In this document: positions 29,172 to 40,800 of the stretch, one piece after another
Numbering within the stretch: position 1 is the first letter of the stretch
Layout: each line of letters starts with the position of its first letter
NCBI GenBank assembly: GCA_965206845.1
Contig: OZ242221.1
Span: 128,001-192,000 of the forward strand
Length of the DNA: 64,000 bases
Reading direction: 5' to 3'
Source: Cenarchaeum sp.
Lineage (GTDB): Archaea; Thermoproteota; Nitrososphaeria; Nitrososphaerales; Nitrosopumilaceae
Program-made: the position numbers and the translations under genes
The notes under the pieces: generated by a model
What the model was told of the DNA's origin: nothing
Databases searched by the model: none
The model's input: the letters and a program-made list of their open reading frames with translations, nothing else

Positions 29172-30427
29172 TTAGGATCGTTGCCGTCAGCGATGTAGAG
29201 GACTTTGCCGCAAGCGCCAGGCCAAAACCTGCGCAGACTGCCGCAGTAGATGGCATCATAAGCGATGTGAGGGAGAATGGCGATGCGGCGCTCAGGAGGT
29301 ACGAGGAACAGTTTGGAGGCAGCGCCGGCCCCCTGAGGGTTCCAGAGAGGGAGATCAAAAAGGCCCGGGACGGCCTGTCGTCCGGGCAGGTTGATGCCAT
29401 AAACCTGGCAAGAAGCAGGCTTGCCGATGTCGAGACACGCCTCAGAGAGAGTCTGCAGGACATTGCCGCTGGGTTTCGAGGCGTCAGGATATCCAGGAGG
29501 TTTGAGCCGATAGGGAGCGCAGGCTGCTACGTCCCAGGCGGTCTTGCCCGGTACCCCAGCTCGGCCGTCATGTCTGTCACCACGGCAAAGGTGGCAGGCG
29601 TGGACAGGGTTGTGGTGATAACGCCCTCCAGGATGGGGGAGGTGGATCCTGTGACCCTGGCATCGGCTGACATCTGCGGAGCCGACGAGGTGTACGGAGT
29701 GGGCGGGGCTCACGGCATCGCCGCTCTGGCGTATGGAACCGAGACCATCAGGCCCGTTGGCAAGATAGTGGGTCCCGGGGGGGCCTTTGTGACTGCAGCC
29801 AAGGCTGCCGTGAGCCAGGACGTATCAGTGGATATGCTGGCAGGGCCCACGGAGCTGGCAGTCATTGCAGACAGCACAACCAACCCGGAATATGTGGCAT
29901 CTGACATAATGGCGCAGGCCGAACACAGCAGGGACACATTCTGCTACGTGATCACCACGTCGATGAGCCTAGCAGTGGAGGTGCAGAGGGCAGTGCGGCA
30001 AAAGATCAAGACCGCCCAGCGCAGGGACATCATACAGGCAAGCCTTGCAGGCAACGGGTTCATCGCGGTGTGCCAAGAGATGAGTGATGCGGCAAGGCTG
30101 GCAGATATACTGGCACCAGAGCACCTACAGATAATGACCGAGTCTCCCGGGGATGTGGCAAAGGGGATCAAGAGCGCCGGGCTTGTCCTGCTAGGTTCGG
30201 ACACCCCGTCCACCGCATCAGACTACCTTCTAGGCACGAATCACATACTCCCGACGGGCGGGCAGGGGCGGGTCAGGGGCTCGCTCTCGGTACTGGACTT
30301 TATGAAGCTGGGCACCACGGTCGCATCAGATGCCGATGCGCTGGCAGAGATCTCCGGACACATGATGGAGCTTGCCATGTCCGAGGGCCTGCCAAACCAC
30401 TACGAATCGGTGAGGTGCAGGACATGA
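29168..30427 (+). CDS. hisD: histidinol dehydrogenase
   Basis: YVPGG..YPSS, KIVGPG, DMLAGPTE, QAEH, APEHL, GTNHILPT. Confidence 0.96.
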   Translation: MIRIVAVSDVEDFAASARPKPAQTAAVDGIISDVRENGDAALRRYEEQFGGSAGPLRVPEREIKKARDGLSSGQVDAINLARSRLADVETRLRESLQDIAAGFRGVRISRRFEPIGSAGCYVPGGLARYPSSAVMSVTTAKVAGVDRVVVITPSRMGEVDPVTLASADICGADEVYGVGGAHGIAALAYGTETIRPVGKIVGPGGAFVTAAKAAVSQDVSVDMLAGPTELAVIADSTTNPEYVASDIMAQAEHSRDTFCYVITTSMSLAVEVQRAVRQKIKTAQRRDIIQASLAGNGFIAVCQEMSDAARLADILAPEHLQIMTESPGDVAKGIKSAGLVLLGSDTPSTASDYLLGTNHILPTGGQGRVRGSLSVLDFMKLGTTVASDADALAEISGHMMELAMSEGLPNHYESVRCRT

Positions 30428-31488
30428 GGGAGTGGCTGCAAAAGAGGCTAGATGCGCTGAGCAGGCAGCAAGGGTACGTCAAGCCCGAGATGGGCAGGGA
30501 TGCCGTAAAGATGGACTCCAACGAGAACTTTGTGGTTCCCAAGAGCATGCAGCAAGAGATGCTCCGGGCCTCGAGGGAGACAGACATCAGGGAGTACCCG
30601 CTGGGGGGAGCCGAGAGACTGGCGTCTGCCATCGCCGGGCACCTGGGGGTTCCGCCGCCGTGCGTAGGCGTGGGCAACGGCTCGGACCAGATACTGGATC
30701 TCATACTGACAAACTTTGCAACAAGGAAGACCCGGGTGCTGGCTCCGGATCCCACGTTTACGTTCTTTGAGCAAAGGTGCCGGCTGTACTCTGTCCCCAT
30801 GGCAAGGGTACCCTTTACAGACGAGATGACCCTGGATGCAGACGCGTTTGTGGAGGCATCAAAGGATGCGGACATCATATACATCGACTCGCCCAACAAC
30901 CCCACGGGGTTTCAGTTCCCCAAGAAGGACATGCTCAGGATAATCAGGGGCTTTGACGGCATGGTAATCGTGGACGAGGCCTATGGCGACTTTGCCGAGT
31001 ACAGCCTTGCCCGCACGGCAGCAAGGCGCAGCGGCCTCATAGTGGTGAGGACGTTCTCAAAGTCCCACGGGCTTGCCGGCCTGCGCCTTGGATACTTTGT
31101 CGCTACAAGGAGCTTTGCCCGGGTGTTCAATGACGTGGTCCAGTACCCGTACCCGGTGAACTCCCTTGCCGTAGAAGCAGGCATGCGCGCGCTCTCCAAG
31201 TCAAAGCAGATGCAGGGGGTTGCAGACACGGTAAGGGCCGAGAGGCGGCGCATCATAGACAACCTGCGGCAGTATGACACCTTTGAGGTGTTTGACTCCG
31301 GGGGAAACTTTGTCCTGTTTGACGCCGGGGGCGCCGACAAGCGCGTGTACACAGCCCTTGCAGAACAGGGCGTGTCAGTAAGAAAGCTCGGCAAGATCGG
31401 CAGGCACGAGGGATGCCTGCGGGTGACGGTGGGCACAAGGGAGATGAACTCCAAGTTTCTGCTGGCCGTTCGGGACCTGCTGGGATGA
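30424..31488 (+). CDS. hisC: histidinol-phosphate aminotransferase
   Basis: DSNEN, GNGSD, PNNPTG, DEAY, RTFSKSHGLAGLRLGY. Confidence 0.95.
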   Translation: MREWLQKRLDALSRQQGYVKPEMGRDAVKMDSNENFVVPKSMQQEMLRASRETDIREYPLGGAERLASAIAGHLGVPPPCVGVGNGSDQILDLILTNFATRKTRVLAPDPTFTFFEQRCRLYSVPMARVPFTDEMTLDADAFVEASKDADIIYIDSPNNPTGFQFPKKDMLRIIRGFDGMVIVDEAYGDFAEYSLARTAARRSGLIVVRTFSKSHGLAGLRLGYFVATRSFARVFNDVVQYPYPVNSLAVEAGMRALSKSKQMQGVADTVRAERRRIIDNLRQYDTFEVFDSGGNFVLFDAGGADKRVYTALAEQGVSVRKLGKIGRHEGCLRVTVGTREMNSKFLLAVRDLLG

Positions 31489-32399
31489 TTGCAGCAGACG
31501 CGGTAATCTTTGACTGCGACGGCGTGCTGGTTGACGTGAGCAGCTCCTATGACGCGGCCATCGGAATGACTGCCGACTGCGCCCTGGAGAGGTTTGCAGG
31601 CATAACGTCAGTTCCGGTGGGCGCAGACATGATCGAGGGATTCAAGGGCACCGGTGGCTTTAACGACGAGATAGACCTGACATATGCCGCGGTCCTGTCC
31701 CTGGCGGCCGCTGACCGGCTGGGAGAAGATCCACGCAGGCTTGTTGCCGACGTGGTATCAAACGCCGACGAGTCCGGCATCGCATCAGTCGAGAGGTACC
31801 TGGAGTCGCGGGTCGACCTTGCGGACCTGCGGCGGAGCATGGAGTACCCCGGCACCGGCCGCAGCAGCTCCCTGCACACGATGTTTGATCAGATCTTCTA
31901 CGGCTCCGATATGTACAGGAAGATCTTCCTGCGGGAGCCGGAGATCGAGGGGCCGGGCTTCATAGAGGCGGACAGGCTCATCGTGTCCCAGAAGCTGCTA
32001 GACGCGCTATCGGCCCGGACAGGCGGCAAGATGGCCATTGTCACCGGCCGCGGCCTTGACGCAGTGCGGCACCCCTTGGGCGGCATGCTGGACTCGTTTG
32101 TGCTGGACGCCTGCATGTTCCTAGAGGACGGGCCGCGGAGCATGGCAAAGCCCAACCCCGAGTCGCTTGTGCACGCCGCATCGAAGCTGTCGGCATGTAG
32201 CGCGCTGTACGTGGGGGACTCGATGGAGGATATCATCATGGCAAAGGGGGCCTCGCAGATGGGCCACAAGGTCGCGTTCTGCGGGATCACCGGAACCGCA
32301 AGGAGGCCGGAGGAGCGGCATGCGATGTTTGAGCGCGCCGGGGCAGACATCATACTGAACTCGATACATGACATGCCTAGCTCCGTCCAGCTCGGGTGA
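31485..32399 (+). CDS. HAD-superfamily hydrolase (candidate histidinol-phosphate phosphatase)
   Basis: FDCDGVLVD, VTGR, KPNP, YVGDSMED; inside the his operon. Confidence 0.85.
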   Translation: MIAADAVIFDCDGVLVDVSSSYDAAIGMTADCALERFAGITSVPVGADMIEGFKGTGGFNDEIDLTYAAVLSLAAADRLGEDPRRLVADVVSNADESGIASVERYLESRVDLADLRRSMEYPGTGRSSSLHTMFDQIFYGSDMYRKIFLREPEIEGPGFIEADRLIVSQKLLDALSARTGGKMAIVTGRGLDAVRHPLGGMLDSFVLDACMFLEDGPRSMAKPNPESLVHAASKLSACSALYVGDSMEDIIMAKGASQMGHKVAFCGITGTARRPEERHAMFERAGADIILNSIHDMPSSVQLG

Positions 32400-32562
32400 C
32401 CTATGTAGGACAGGACATGCAGTAGGCTAGTCTGTTGCACGACATCCCCAAGCGTTCCTAGGCAATTGTCGAAAGGGAAACATCTCATGCCCGTAGCGCG
32501 AAGTCGTGCAACAGACTACCAGAATGCCAAATCTTGAATAGAGGTAGGTTGCACCCCAGAAT

Positions 32563-33150
32563 ATGAATGAGAGAAGATCGGCGGTGCGGCGCACCACAAA
32601 GGAGACGGACATTACCATATCCGTTAGTATTGACGGTACCGGCAGGTGCGCAATCAGCACGGGCATCAACTTTCTTGATCACATGATGACAGCCTTGGCA
32701 AAGCACTCGATGATCGACCTGGACGTGGACGCAAAGTCACTTGACGGGATCAAGCACCACCTAGTGGAGGATACGGGCATCACCGCCGGCCAGGCAGTAG
32801 ACAAGGCCTTGGGCGACCGCCGCGGGATCACCCGGTTTGGCCACGCGTCGGTTCCCATGGACGAGTCACTAGCAGGGGCTACCGTGGACATGGTTCGGCG
32901 GCCGTACTTTAAGCTGTCACTGGGACTGAGCGGGAGCCCGGTGGAGGACATTACTGGAGAGGATCTTGCGCACTTTTTCCAGTCGCTGCTCTCCAACCTG
33001 AACTGCTGCACGCACCTTGCCGTAAAGTACGGCGAGAACGACCACCACATGGCAGAAGCGGCCATCAAGTCACTTGCAGTGGCGCTCAGGATGGCAGTAT
33101 CCCACGATCCAGCGCAGAGTGGAGTCCCCAGTACCAAGGGGGCCATGTGA
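32563..33150 (+). CDS. hisB: imidazoleglycerol-phosphate dehydratase
   Basis: [36 protein letters not shown]. Confidence 0.96.
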   Translation: MNERRSAVRRTTKETDITISVSIDGTGRCAISTGINFLDHMMTALAKHSMIDLDVDAKSLDGIKHHLVEDTGITAGQAVDKALGDRRGITRFGHASVPMDESLAGATVDMVRRPYFKLSLGLSGSPVEDITGEDLAHFFQSLLSNLNCCTHLAVKYGENDHHMAEAAIKSLAVALRMAVSHDPAQSGVPSTKGAM

Positions 33151-33758
33151 TGGTCCGGGTCGCCATACTGGATTATGGCGCAGGAAACATCTTCAGCCTA
33201 AAGAACACGCTTGAGAGATGCGGCGCAGAGGTTGACGTGGTAACAGACATGGCAGGCGCAGAGCCCTGCTCCGGCATACTGCTTCCCGGGGTAGGAAACT
33301 TTGATCCCGCCGTCAGGAGCATCCGCAAAGGCCTGCAAGGTGGCCGTGTGGGACTTGCAGAGGGCTCGGTTCCCGTGCTTGGAATATGCTTGGGAATGGA
33401 GGCGTTCTTTGAGAGGAGTGAGGAGGGCACCGAGGCTGGCCTGGGCGCAATCGGCGGCGAGGTGATAATGCTGCCAGATACCATGAAGGTGCCGCACATG
33501 GGATGGAACGACCTCAGGATAAGGAAGCCCGTCAGGCTTCTTGAGGGGGTGGATGACGGCTCGTGGGTCTACTTTGTGCACTCATACATGGCAAAGCCCG
33601 CATCAGAAGACGTGGTGGCAGCCGACTCGGACTATGGCGTACGGATTCCCGCGGTGGTCCAGAAGGGCAACCTCACCGGCACGCAGTTCCACCCGGAAAA
33701 GTCCGGCGCCGTTGGAAGGGTTATGATCAGAAACTTTCTTGAGGAGTGCAAGAAGTGA
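33147..33758 (+). CDS. hisH: IGP synthase glutaminase subunit
   Basis: DYGAGN, PGVG, LGICLG, VPHMGWN, YFVHSY, QFHPEKS. Confidence 0.96.
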   Translation: MMVRVAILDYGAGNIFSLKNTLERCGAEVDVVTDMAGAEPCSGILLPGVGNFDPAVRSIRKGLQGGRVGLAEGSVPVLGICLGMEAFFERSEEGTEAGLGAIGGEVIMLPDTMKVPHMGWNDLRIRKPVRLLEGVDDGSWVYFVHSYMAKPASEDVVAADSDYGVRIPAVVQKGNLTGTQFHPEKSGAVGRVMIRNFLEECKK

Positions 33759-34459
33759 AGATAATTCCGGCCGTAGACATAATGGGCGGCCAGGTGGTTC
33801 GGCTCAAAAAGGGCGACCCGACCCAGAAGACCGTATACGGAAGCGATCCCATGGGCACAGCAAAAAAATGGCAGGAGGCCGGAGCCGACATGCTGCATGT
33901 GGTGGATCTGGATGCCACCCTGGGCCTGGGCTCAAACATAGATGTTGTGAGGGATATCGCGTCGCAGGCAGGCATCCCGGTACAGGCCGCAGGCGGCCTC
34001 AGGGACGAGGAGACAGCGATCCGGATGGCGGCATCTGCATCCCGGGTGGTTCTGGGAACGCTGGCATTCCGGGACAGGCGGGCCCTGGGCAGGCTGCTTG
34101 AGGAGCTTGGGCCTGAAAGAGTTGTGGTATCAGTGGATCACATAGGCGGATACATCGCCGTGAAGGGCTGGCAGGAGAAGACCACGATTCTGCTGCATGA
34201 TGCCATGCGGGATCTTACCGGAATGGGCATCACAGAGTTTCTACTGACCGATGTGGGAAGGGACGGCATGCTAAAAGGCCCCGACATGAAGTCGCTTGAG
34301 GCGGCATGCAGGTTTGATGCAAATATAATTGCCAGCGGCGGCATATCGGGAATTGACGATGTCAAGCAGGTTGGCAGGCTCGGGCCCTATGGCGTGATAC
34401 TGGGCAAGGCGCTGTACGACGGCAGGATCACCGTGGAGGAGGCAATAGCCGCATGCTGA
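33755..34459 (+). CDS. hisA: ProFAR isomerase
   Basis: IIPAVDI.GG.VVRL, LHVVDLD, TDVGRDG, IASGG, GKALY. Confidence 0.95.
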   Translation: MKIIPAVDIMGGQVVRLKKGDPTQKTVYGSDPMGTAKKWQEAGADMLHVVDLDATLGLGSNIDVVRDIASQAGIPVQAAGGLRDEETAIRMAASASRVVLGTLAFRDRRALGRLLEELGPERVVVSVDHIGGYIAVKGWQEKTTILLHDAMRDLTGMGITEFLLTDVGRDGMLKGPDMKSLEAACRFDANIIASGGISGIDDVKQVGRLGPYGVILGKALYDGRITVEEAIAAC

Positions 34460-35250
34460 CAAAGAGAGTGATTCCGTGCCTAGACGTCAAGGACGGCAGG
34501 GTGGTCAAGGGCCTGCGTTTTGTCGCCATCAAGGATGCAGGAGATCCCGTGGAGCTGGCAAAAAGATATGCCGAGGAGGGCGCCGACGAGCTGATCTTTT
34601 TGGACATAACCGCCTCCGAGGAGAGGAGGGAGACCATCAAGAGCTTGGTCTCCGGGGTTGCCGGCGTGCTAGACATACCGTTTACCGTGGGCGGCGGCAT
34701 CAGCACGCTGCAAGACGCCCGCCAGGTTCTGCTCAGCGGAGCCGACAAAGTGGCGGTAAACACCGCCGCCGTCAAGAACCCAGGACTGATCACCGAGATG
34801 ATGGGGCTGTTTGGCAGGCAGTGCGTCGTGGTCGCGGTGGACGCAAAGAGGAACTATGATGCCGCGGCCGGCAAAAACGTGTTTGGTGGCGATGCGGGAT
34901 TCTGGTTTGAGGTCTTTGTGTATGGCGGCAAGGAGGGCACCGGAATCGACGCGATAGAGTGGGTAAAGGAGGCGCAAAGGATGGGCGCGGGCGAGATACT
35001 CCTCACCAGCATCGACAGGGACGGGACCGGGGACGGGTACGACACGCTTCTTACCCGGGAGGTGGTGAGATCCGTCTCGATTCCGGTGATCGCGTCCGGC
35101 GGGTGCGGGGGTGCAAGCCACATGGCAGACATATTCCGGGACTCGGATGTGGACGCGGCCCTAGCAGCATCCATATTTCACTATGAGCGGCAGGGCGTCC
35201 GCGGGGTAAAGCAGGTTTTAAAGGAGAGGGGAGTCCCCGTACGGTTGTAG
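34453..35250 (+). CDS. hisF: IGP synthase cyclase subunit
   Basis: RVIPCLDV, GDPVELA, FLDITAS, GAGEILLTSIDRDG. Confidence 0.97.
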   Translation: MLTKRVIPCLDVKDGRVVKGLRFVAIKDAGDPVELAKRYAEEGADELIFLDITASEERRETIKSLVSGVAGVLDIPFTVGGGISTLQDARQVLLSGADKVAVNTAAVKNPGLITEMMGLFGRQCVVVAVDAKRNYDAAAGKNVFGGDAGFWFEVFVYGGKEGTGIDAIEWVKEAQRMGAGEILLTSIDRDGTGDGYDTLLTREVVRSVSIPVIASGGCGGASHMADIFRDSDVDAALAASIFHYERQGVRGVKQVLKERGVPVRL

Positions 35251-35252
35251 AG

Positions 35253-35585
35253 GTGGGCATTATAGAAAAAAGCATAGACGACATCGATTTTGAGAAGGGC
35301 AACGGGCTGGTTCCGGCCGTGGTGCAAGACGCGGCAACACGCGACGTGCTCACGCTGGCATACACAAACAGGGAGTCACTGGAGCTGACCAAGCGTACCG
35401 GCAGGTCGTGGTTCTGGAGCAGGTCGCGGAACAAGCTGTGGATGAAGGGCGAGGAGTCAGGCAGCGTGCAGAAGGTGAAGCAGATCCTGGTGGACTGCGA
35501 CTGCGACGCCGTGATATATCTCGTGGAGCCTGCGGGTCCTGCGTGCCATACGGGCGAGCGGGCCTGCTTTCACCACGCGCTGTAG
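35253..35585 (+). CDS. hisI: phosphoribosyl-AMP cyclohydrolase
   Basis: FWSRSR..LW.KGEESG, DCDCD, ACHTG..ACF. Confidence 0.95.
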   Translation: MGIIEKSIDDIDFEKGNGLVPAVVQDAATRDVLTLAYTNRESLELTKRTGRSWFWSRSRNKLWMKGEESGSVQKVKQILVDCDCDAVIYLVEPAGPACHTGERACFHHAL

Positions 35586-35953
35586 CGCAAGCCTAACCTC
35601 CTACTTGGCAAACCGCATGAGATCGGCAGCGATCCCATCCATGCACTTTTACGGACATGGGCCATGCGCACCGCGAGCATTCTTGTTAGCCACCTTGGGG
35701 TCCTCTTCTTTCTTGTACGCCTTTTCGAGATCTTCCTGCTCTGTCCTGTCCATACCATACCATACCAGAAGGTAAGCCGATCTACAAACTTTCTGGTTGC
35801 GTGCGTATGGGCCGGAACGGACTTTGGCTCGCCACTACACAAACAAGGAAAAACAGCCAAACCACGTTGGCGCAAAAAAACCCCCGCGGTTCCGGTTGTG
35901 TTACCCACTGTTTTTTACTATAACACACAGCATTTATTTAGAAACAGTGGGTA

Positions 35954-36844
35954 ATGGAAACAATGGTTACCGTAATAAGAAGAAAAAAGGGAGAACGGTT
36001 CTTCTACTATCTGAAACACACGTCCACGTCAAGGCAGAAGGAGACGTATTTGGGGCGCAGCATTCCGGAGAACATTGGCGAATTGAAGGAGAAGTTCATG
36101 CTTGACTTTTACAGGCAGGAATGGCAACCCAAACTTGAAGCGATCTCGAGAGGATACAATGCAGAACTGGAGCGTATGCCAAAGAACGTCCACGAGGACA
36201 TCTTGGCTAACTTCTATGCAGACTTTACATACAACACACAGAGAATAGAGGGTTCCACCATGACGTTCCGTGAGACGGCGGACCTTCTGCTACACGGTAT
36301 TCCGCCTCCGGGCAGGCCAGAAAGTGAGAGACACGAGGCGGAGTTGCACAAGGAGACGCTCATGAGGATTCTGGAGGGAGAGCAGGACATCACAATGAAG
36401 ACCATACTGGTGTGGCACGAGACGATCTTTTCGCGGACGGACCACGCCGACGCCGGAACCCTTCGCAGATATCCGGTGGGTGTAAGGGGAAGCAGGACGG
36501 AATTTCCTCTTTGGTACGATGTACCCGAGGAGATGGACAAGTTCTTTGCATGGTACAGGGCGGCCAAGAGTGCGCTGAATCCGGCAGAGCTTGCGGCCAT
36601 GGCACACTACAGGTTTGTCTTGATTCACCCGTTCGGCGATGGAAACGGCAGGATCTCAAGGCTGATCATGAACTGCATCCTGCACAACGGCGGTTATCCC
36701 ATGTTCATCATAAGAGTCAGGAACAGGGCATCCTACGCCAGATCCCTGGAGAGATCAAGCCTTAGCGGCAACGCAATATTCTTTGCTCAGTGGTTTATGA
36801 AAAGGTACATCAACTCCAACTCGCAGCACCTGGACAAATCATGA
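35954..36844 (+). CDS. Fic-domain protein (class II)
   Basis: HPFGDGNGRISR catalytic motif; TQRIEG matches the inhibitory (S/T)xxxE(G/N) motif. Confidence 0.92.
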   Translation: METMVTVIRRKKGERFFYYLKHTSTSRQKETYLGRSIPENIGELKEKFMLDFYRQEWQPKLEAISRGYNAELERMPKNVHEDILANFYADFTYNTQRIEGSTMTFRETADLLLHGIPPPGRPESERHEAELHKETLMRILEGEQDITMKTILVWHETIFSRTDHADAGTLRRYPVGVRGSRTEFPLWYDVPEEMDKFFAWYRAAKSALNPAELAAMAHYRFVLIHPFGDGNGRISRLIMNCILHNGGYPMFIIRVRNRASYARSLERSSLSGNAIFFAQWFMKRYINSNSQHLDKS

Positions 36845-36971
36845 CGGCAAGCCCGCCAGTCTGAGAGTTTCACCGCCATGCAATTCTGTGGAATCCGCTT
36901 CAGTGCCAGCATCGCGTCAACTCCCTTGCCGATACCCAATCTATAAACAGGTGAACAGATACTACAAATCA

Positions 36972-37169
36972 GTGAACACGATCAACCCCCGAAGCAACTG
37001 GTGGTTCCTGCTTCCGATCTTCATGGCAATAATCGGGGGAGTGATAGCCTACTTTGTGCTCAGGCACGACGATCCAAAAAAAGCCAAGAACTGCCTGTAT
37101 CTCGGAATCATTCTCACGGTAGTAGGAATCGTGTCCAACTCACTATTCCCCGCAGAGCCTCTGCCCTGA
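36972..37169 (+). CDS. small membrane protein
   Basis: RSNWWFLLPIF...DDPKKAKNCLYLG, 2 TM; TATAAA about 30 nt upstream of the GTG. Confidence 0.7.
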   Translation: MNTINPRSNWWFLLPIFMAIIGGVIAYFVLRHDDPKKAKNCLYLGIILTVVGIVSNSLFPAEPLP

Positions 37170-37827
37170 AGCGCTCGTGATGCTTCCAGTGTTGCGGGAA
37201 CGCTGCCGCGGCGTTGCGACACATACCTCTAAACTCGAATAAAGGAACGCAAAAACCACACACAGCCAGACAACCACCGCAAACAGGCATACTGGCAAGA
37301 GCCTGTATGCTCCCGAGTAGGCACGGACGCTCAAAACACCTGCATGAGAAAGGCCAATTTATGATCCGATGCCACCGCAGAAGGGCCAAGGCCGCAACCG
37401 GCCAAAAGAGCAGGGATGGGAGGCGCCAGATGCAGGATCTGCGCCCAAACCCCCCTGCCTTTTCGGCAAGATTGCCCCGATCTATTGCAGGGTCAGCATG
37501 GCAGAAAACCCCGCCGGTTCGCATTTCATGCCCAGGAGCTAAACCCCCCTCCAGCAGTACCCGTCCCAGGCACTGAACCGTTTTTCCACAAATGCCCGGT
37601 TTTGAGGGGGGTTTAACACTCAGGCACAGATACCGCAACCAACCGTCAAAGCACCCCCATCGTCCGTTGAGATGCCCACGATCGTCTCATCCCATGAACA
37701 AAAGCTAAACCCCCCGGAATGCACGAAAGCGTGCAGGATGTTGTATGGTACAAGGCCCGTGCACGCACGCTAGGGTATGTGGGAAACTAGGCTACGGCAT
37801 GAGCCGGAGGTGGTTACCGCATAGAGT

Positions 37828-40800
37828 CTAACAATCAATAACGTTGCTGCCACTGTCAATGTCGTCATTGAATCCCGGGCTAGGGCCATCATTGCTGGGG
37901 TCGTTCTCCCGCGGATCAACATCGGCGAGCGCGCGGGCGCTGGAGATGCCTCCGCTATGATGCGGCATATCTGAAGTCTTGGAAACTATAACCATAATAG
38001 CGATCGGGTTGTCAGATGACGCATCGATCGGGTTGCCGGTGGGGTCGGTCACGGCCGAAGATGAAATATCCAGCTGCGGGATGGCCAGAGAGACGGCCGA
38101 CTGGCGCTGCGTCTCGGTTAGCGTGACGTTGATTGTATCAGTGTAGGCGATCGTGGTTATGATGGCACCCTCCAGTGGGATCTGATTCTCCTGATCCAGA
38201 TCACTGATGAACAACCTGGTCAGATCGATGTTGCTGACAGAGACGCTGTCAATCGGCTCTGAAAATGTAATCGTCAAGACACCTGTTACGCCGATCAGGG
38301 CAGCCGATGAGAACCCCGGCGCGGTAGTGTCTGCAGTGAGGGCGATTATCTGGACACCGTCGTCGACGGTGCCAGACACTACGGCATACGCGTCAGAGCC
38401 GATCCATGCGGTGGCGATGCCGGCGGCGCCGTCAAGCTCCGTAAAGCCCCCCTCCCCGTCGGTCAGGGCGGCCACGGCGACCGGGCCGGAAGGGTCCGTG
38501 ATGTCGATTATCTGGACACCGTCGTCGTCTTCGCTTGCCACAAGCGCGTATGTGATACTACCGACATTTGCAATGGCAATACCGCATGCGCCGTCAAGCT
38601 CCATAAAGCCGTCTTTTCCATCGCCCACTGACGAGGCAGCAGCCGGACTGGAGGGATCCGTGATGTTGATTATCTGGACACCGTCCCCACTTCTACTTGT
38701 CACAAGAGCGTACACAAAGTCGCCGATCCTTGCGGTGGCGACGCCGCATGCGCCGTCAAGCTCCATAAAGCCGTCTTTTCCGTCTCCTACTGACGAGGCA
38801 GCAGCCGGACTGGAGGGATCCGTGATGTTGATTATCTGGACACCGTCGTCGTTTCCGCTTGCCACGAGCGCGTACATAGATCCGCCGATCCCTGCGATGG
38901 CGATGCCGGCGGCGCCGTCAAGCTCCGTAAAGCCCCCCTCCCCGTCGGTCATGGCGGCCACGGCTACTGGGCTAGAGGGGTCCGTAATGTCGATTATCTG
39001 AACGCCGTCGTCGTTTCCGCTTGCCACGAGCGCGTACATAGATCCGCCGATCCCTGCGATGGCGATGCCAGCGGCGCCATCAAGCTCCGTAAAGCCCTCC
39101 TCCCCGTCGGTCATGGCGGCCACGGCTACTGGGCTAGAGGGGTCCGTAATGTCGATTATCTGAACGCCGTCGTCGTCTTCGCTTGCCACGAGCGCATACG
39201 CAGAGTCGCCGATCCTTGCGGTGGCGATACCGCACGCGCCGTCAAGCTCCGTAAAGCCCTCTTCTTCATCGCTAGCAGACGAGACGGCGGCAGGGGCAAA
39301 GGGATCTGTGATGTTGATTATCTGGATACCGTTGTCAGTGGAGCCGGTGACGATGGAGTATGTGCCGGAACCAATTCCAATGATGGCTACGCCGCATGCG
39401 CCGCCAAGATTAGTAAAGCCAGCATCTGCGTCATCCACGGCGGATGCCGGAGTCGGAGATATCGGAATGGTAGTGTCAGTGACGGTTATGTCAATTGCAC
39501 GATCAGGAGAGGCGTCAATCGGGTTGTCGTCGGTGCCCGCTACGGCCGATGACGCAATGTCCAGCTGCGCCGTATCCAGCGTGATAACAGACCGGCGTTG
39601 CAGCTCGGTCAACCTGACGGTAATTGTGGCAGGGTCACTAGACGCGATCGTTGCCGCCCCTGCCAGCGCAATCCGGTCTGTCTCTCCCACATCACTGATG
39701 AAAAGTTTGGCCAGATCAACGCCTGTGGAACTGATTGGCTTTGAGAACGTAATCGCAAGGATGCCCGTTACCTCGTCTAGAGTGGCCGACAGGAACTCTG
39801 GCGGGGATGGGTGGGCAATATCGATTATCTGGATGGCATTGTCCATCTCCGATGCAACAAGGGCGTACAATTTGGTTCCGATTGCCACGGTGGCTATGTC
39901 AGACGCGCCGCCGAGTCCGTCAAACCCGTCCTCGCCGTCGATCGCAGACGCCACGGCAGTCGGGCTGAAAGGGTTTGTGATGTCTATTACCTGCACGCCC
40001 CCGTCAGTGGCCGATGCGACAAAGGCGTACGTGGAGGAGCCGATTGCAACAGCAGCGATTCCGCGCGCTCCGGCAAGCTCGTCAAACCCGTCCCTGTCGT
40101 CGCTCACAGACGAGACGGCGACCGGATCTGAGGCATTCGTGATGTCGATTATTTGGACGCCGCTATCATACTCCGACGCGACAAGGGCATAAGTGGAGGA
40201 GTCGATTGTGACTGTGGTGATTCCGGACGCGCCGGCAAGCTCGTCAAACCCACCAATTCTGTCACTCACAGACGAGACGGCGGCCGGGCTGGAGGGATTC
40301 GTGATGTCGATTATCTGGACGCCGTCATCGGCGTACGACGCGACGAGGGCGTACGTGGAGGCGCCGATTGTAACTGCAGCGATTCCGCGCGCGCCGGCAA
40401 GCTCGTCAAACCCGCCTTCCCCATCGGTGACAGACGCGGTTGCCGCCGGGCTGGAGGGATCCGTGACGTCGATTATCTGGACGCCGTCATCGGCGTACGA
40501 CGCGACGAGGGCGTACGTTCTGGCGCCTATCGTAACTGCAACGATGTCGGCCGCGCCGTCAAGCTCGTCAAACCTTCCCATTCCATCGGTGGCAGACGCC
40601 ACGGTAGCGGGGTTGAAGGGATCCGTGACGTTGATTATCTGGACGCTGCTGTCCCAGTACGACGCGACGAGGGCATAGGTTAAGGCGCCGTCTGTGACCG
40701 TGGTGATGCCCCTGGCGCCGACAAGCCTTGTGAATCCAGCTATGTCGGCAACAGACGCGGTAGCGGCCGGGCTGGAGGGATCCGTGATGTCGATTATCTG

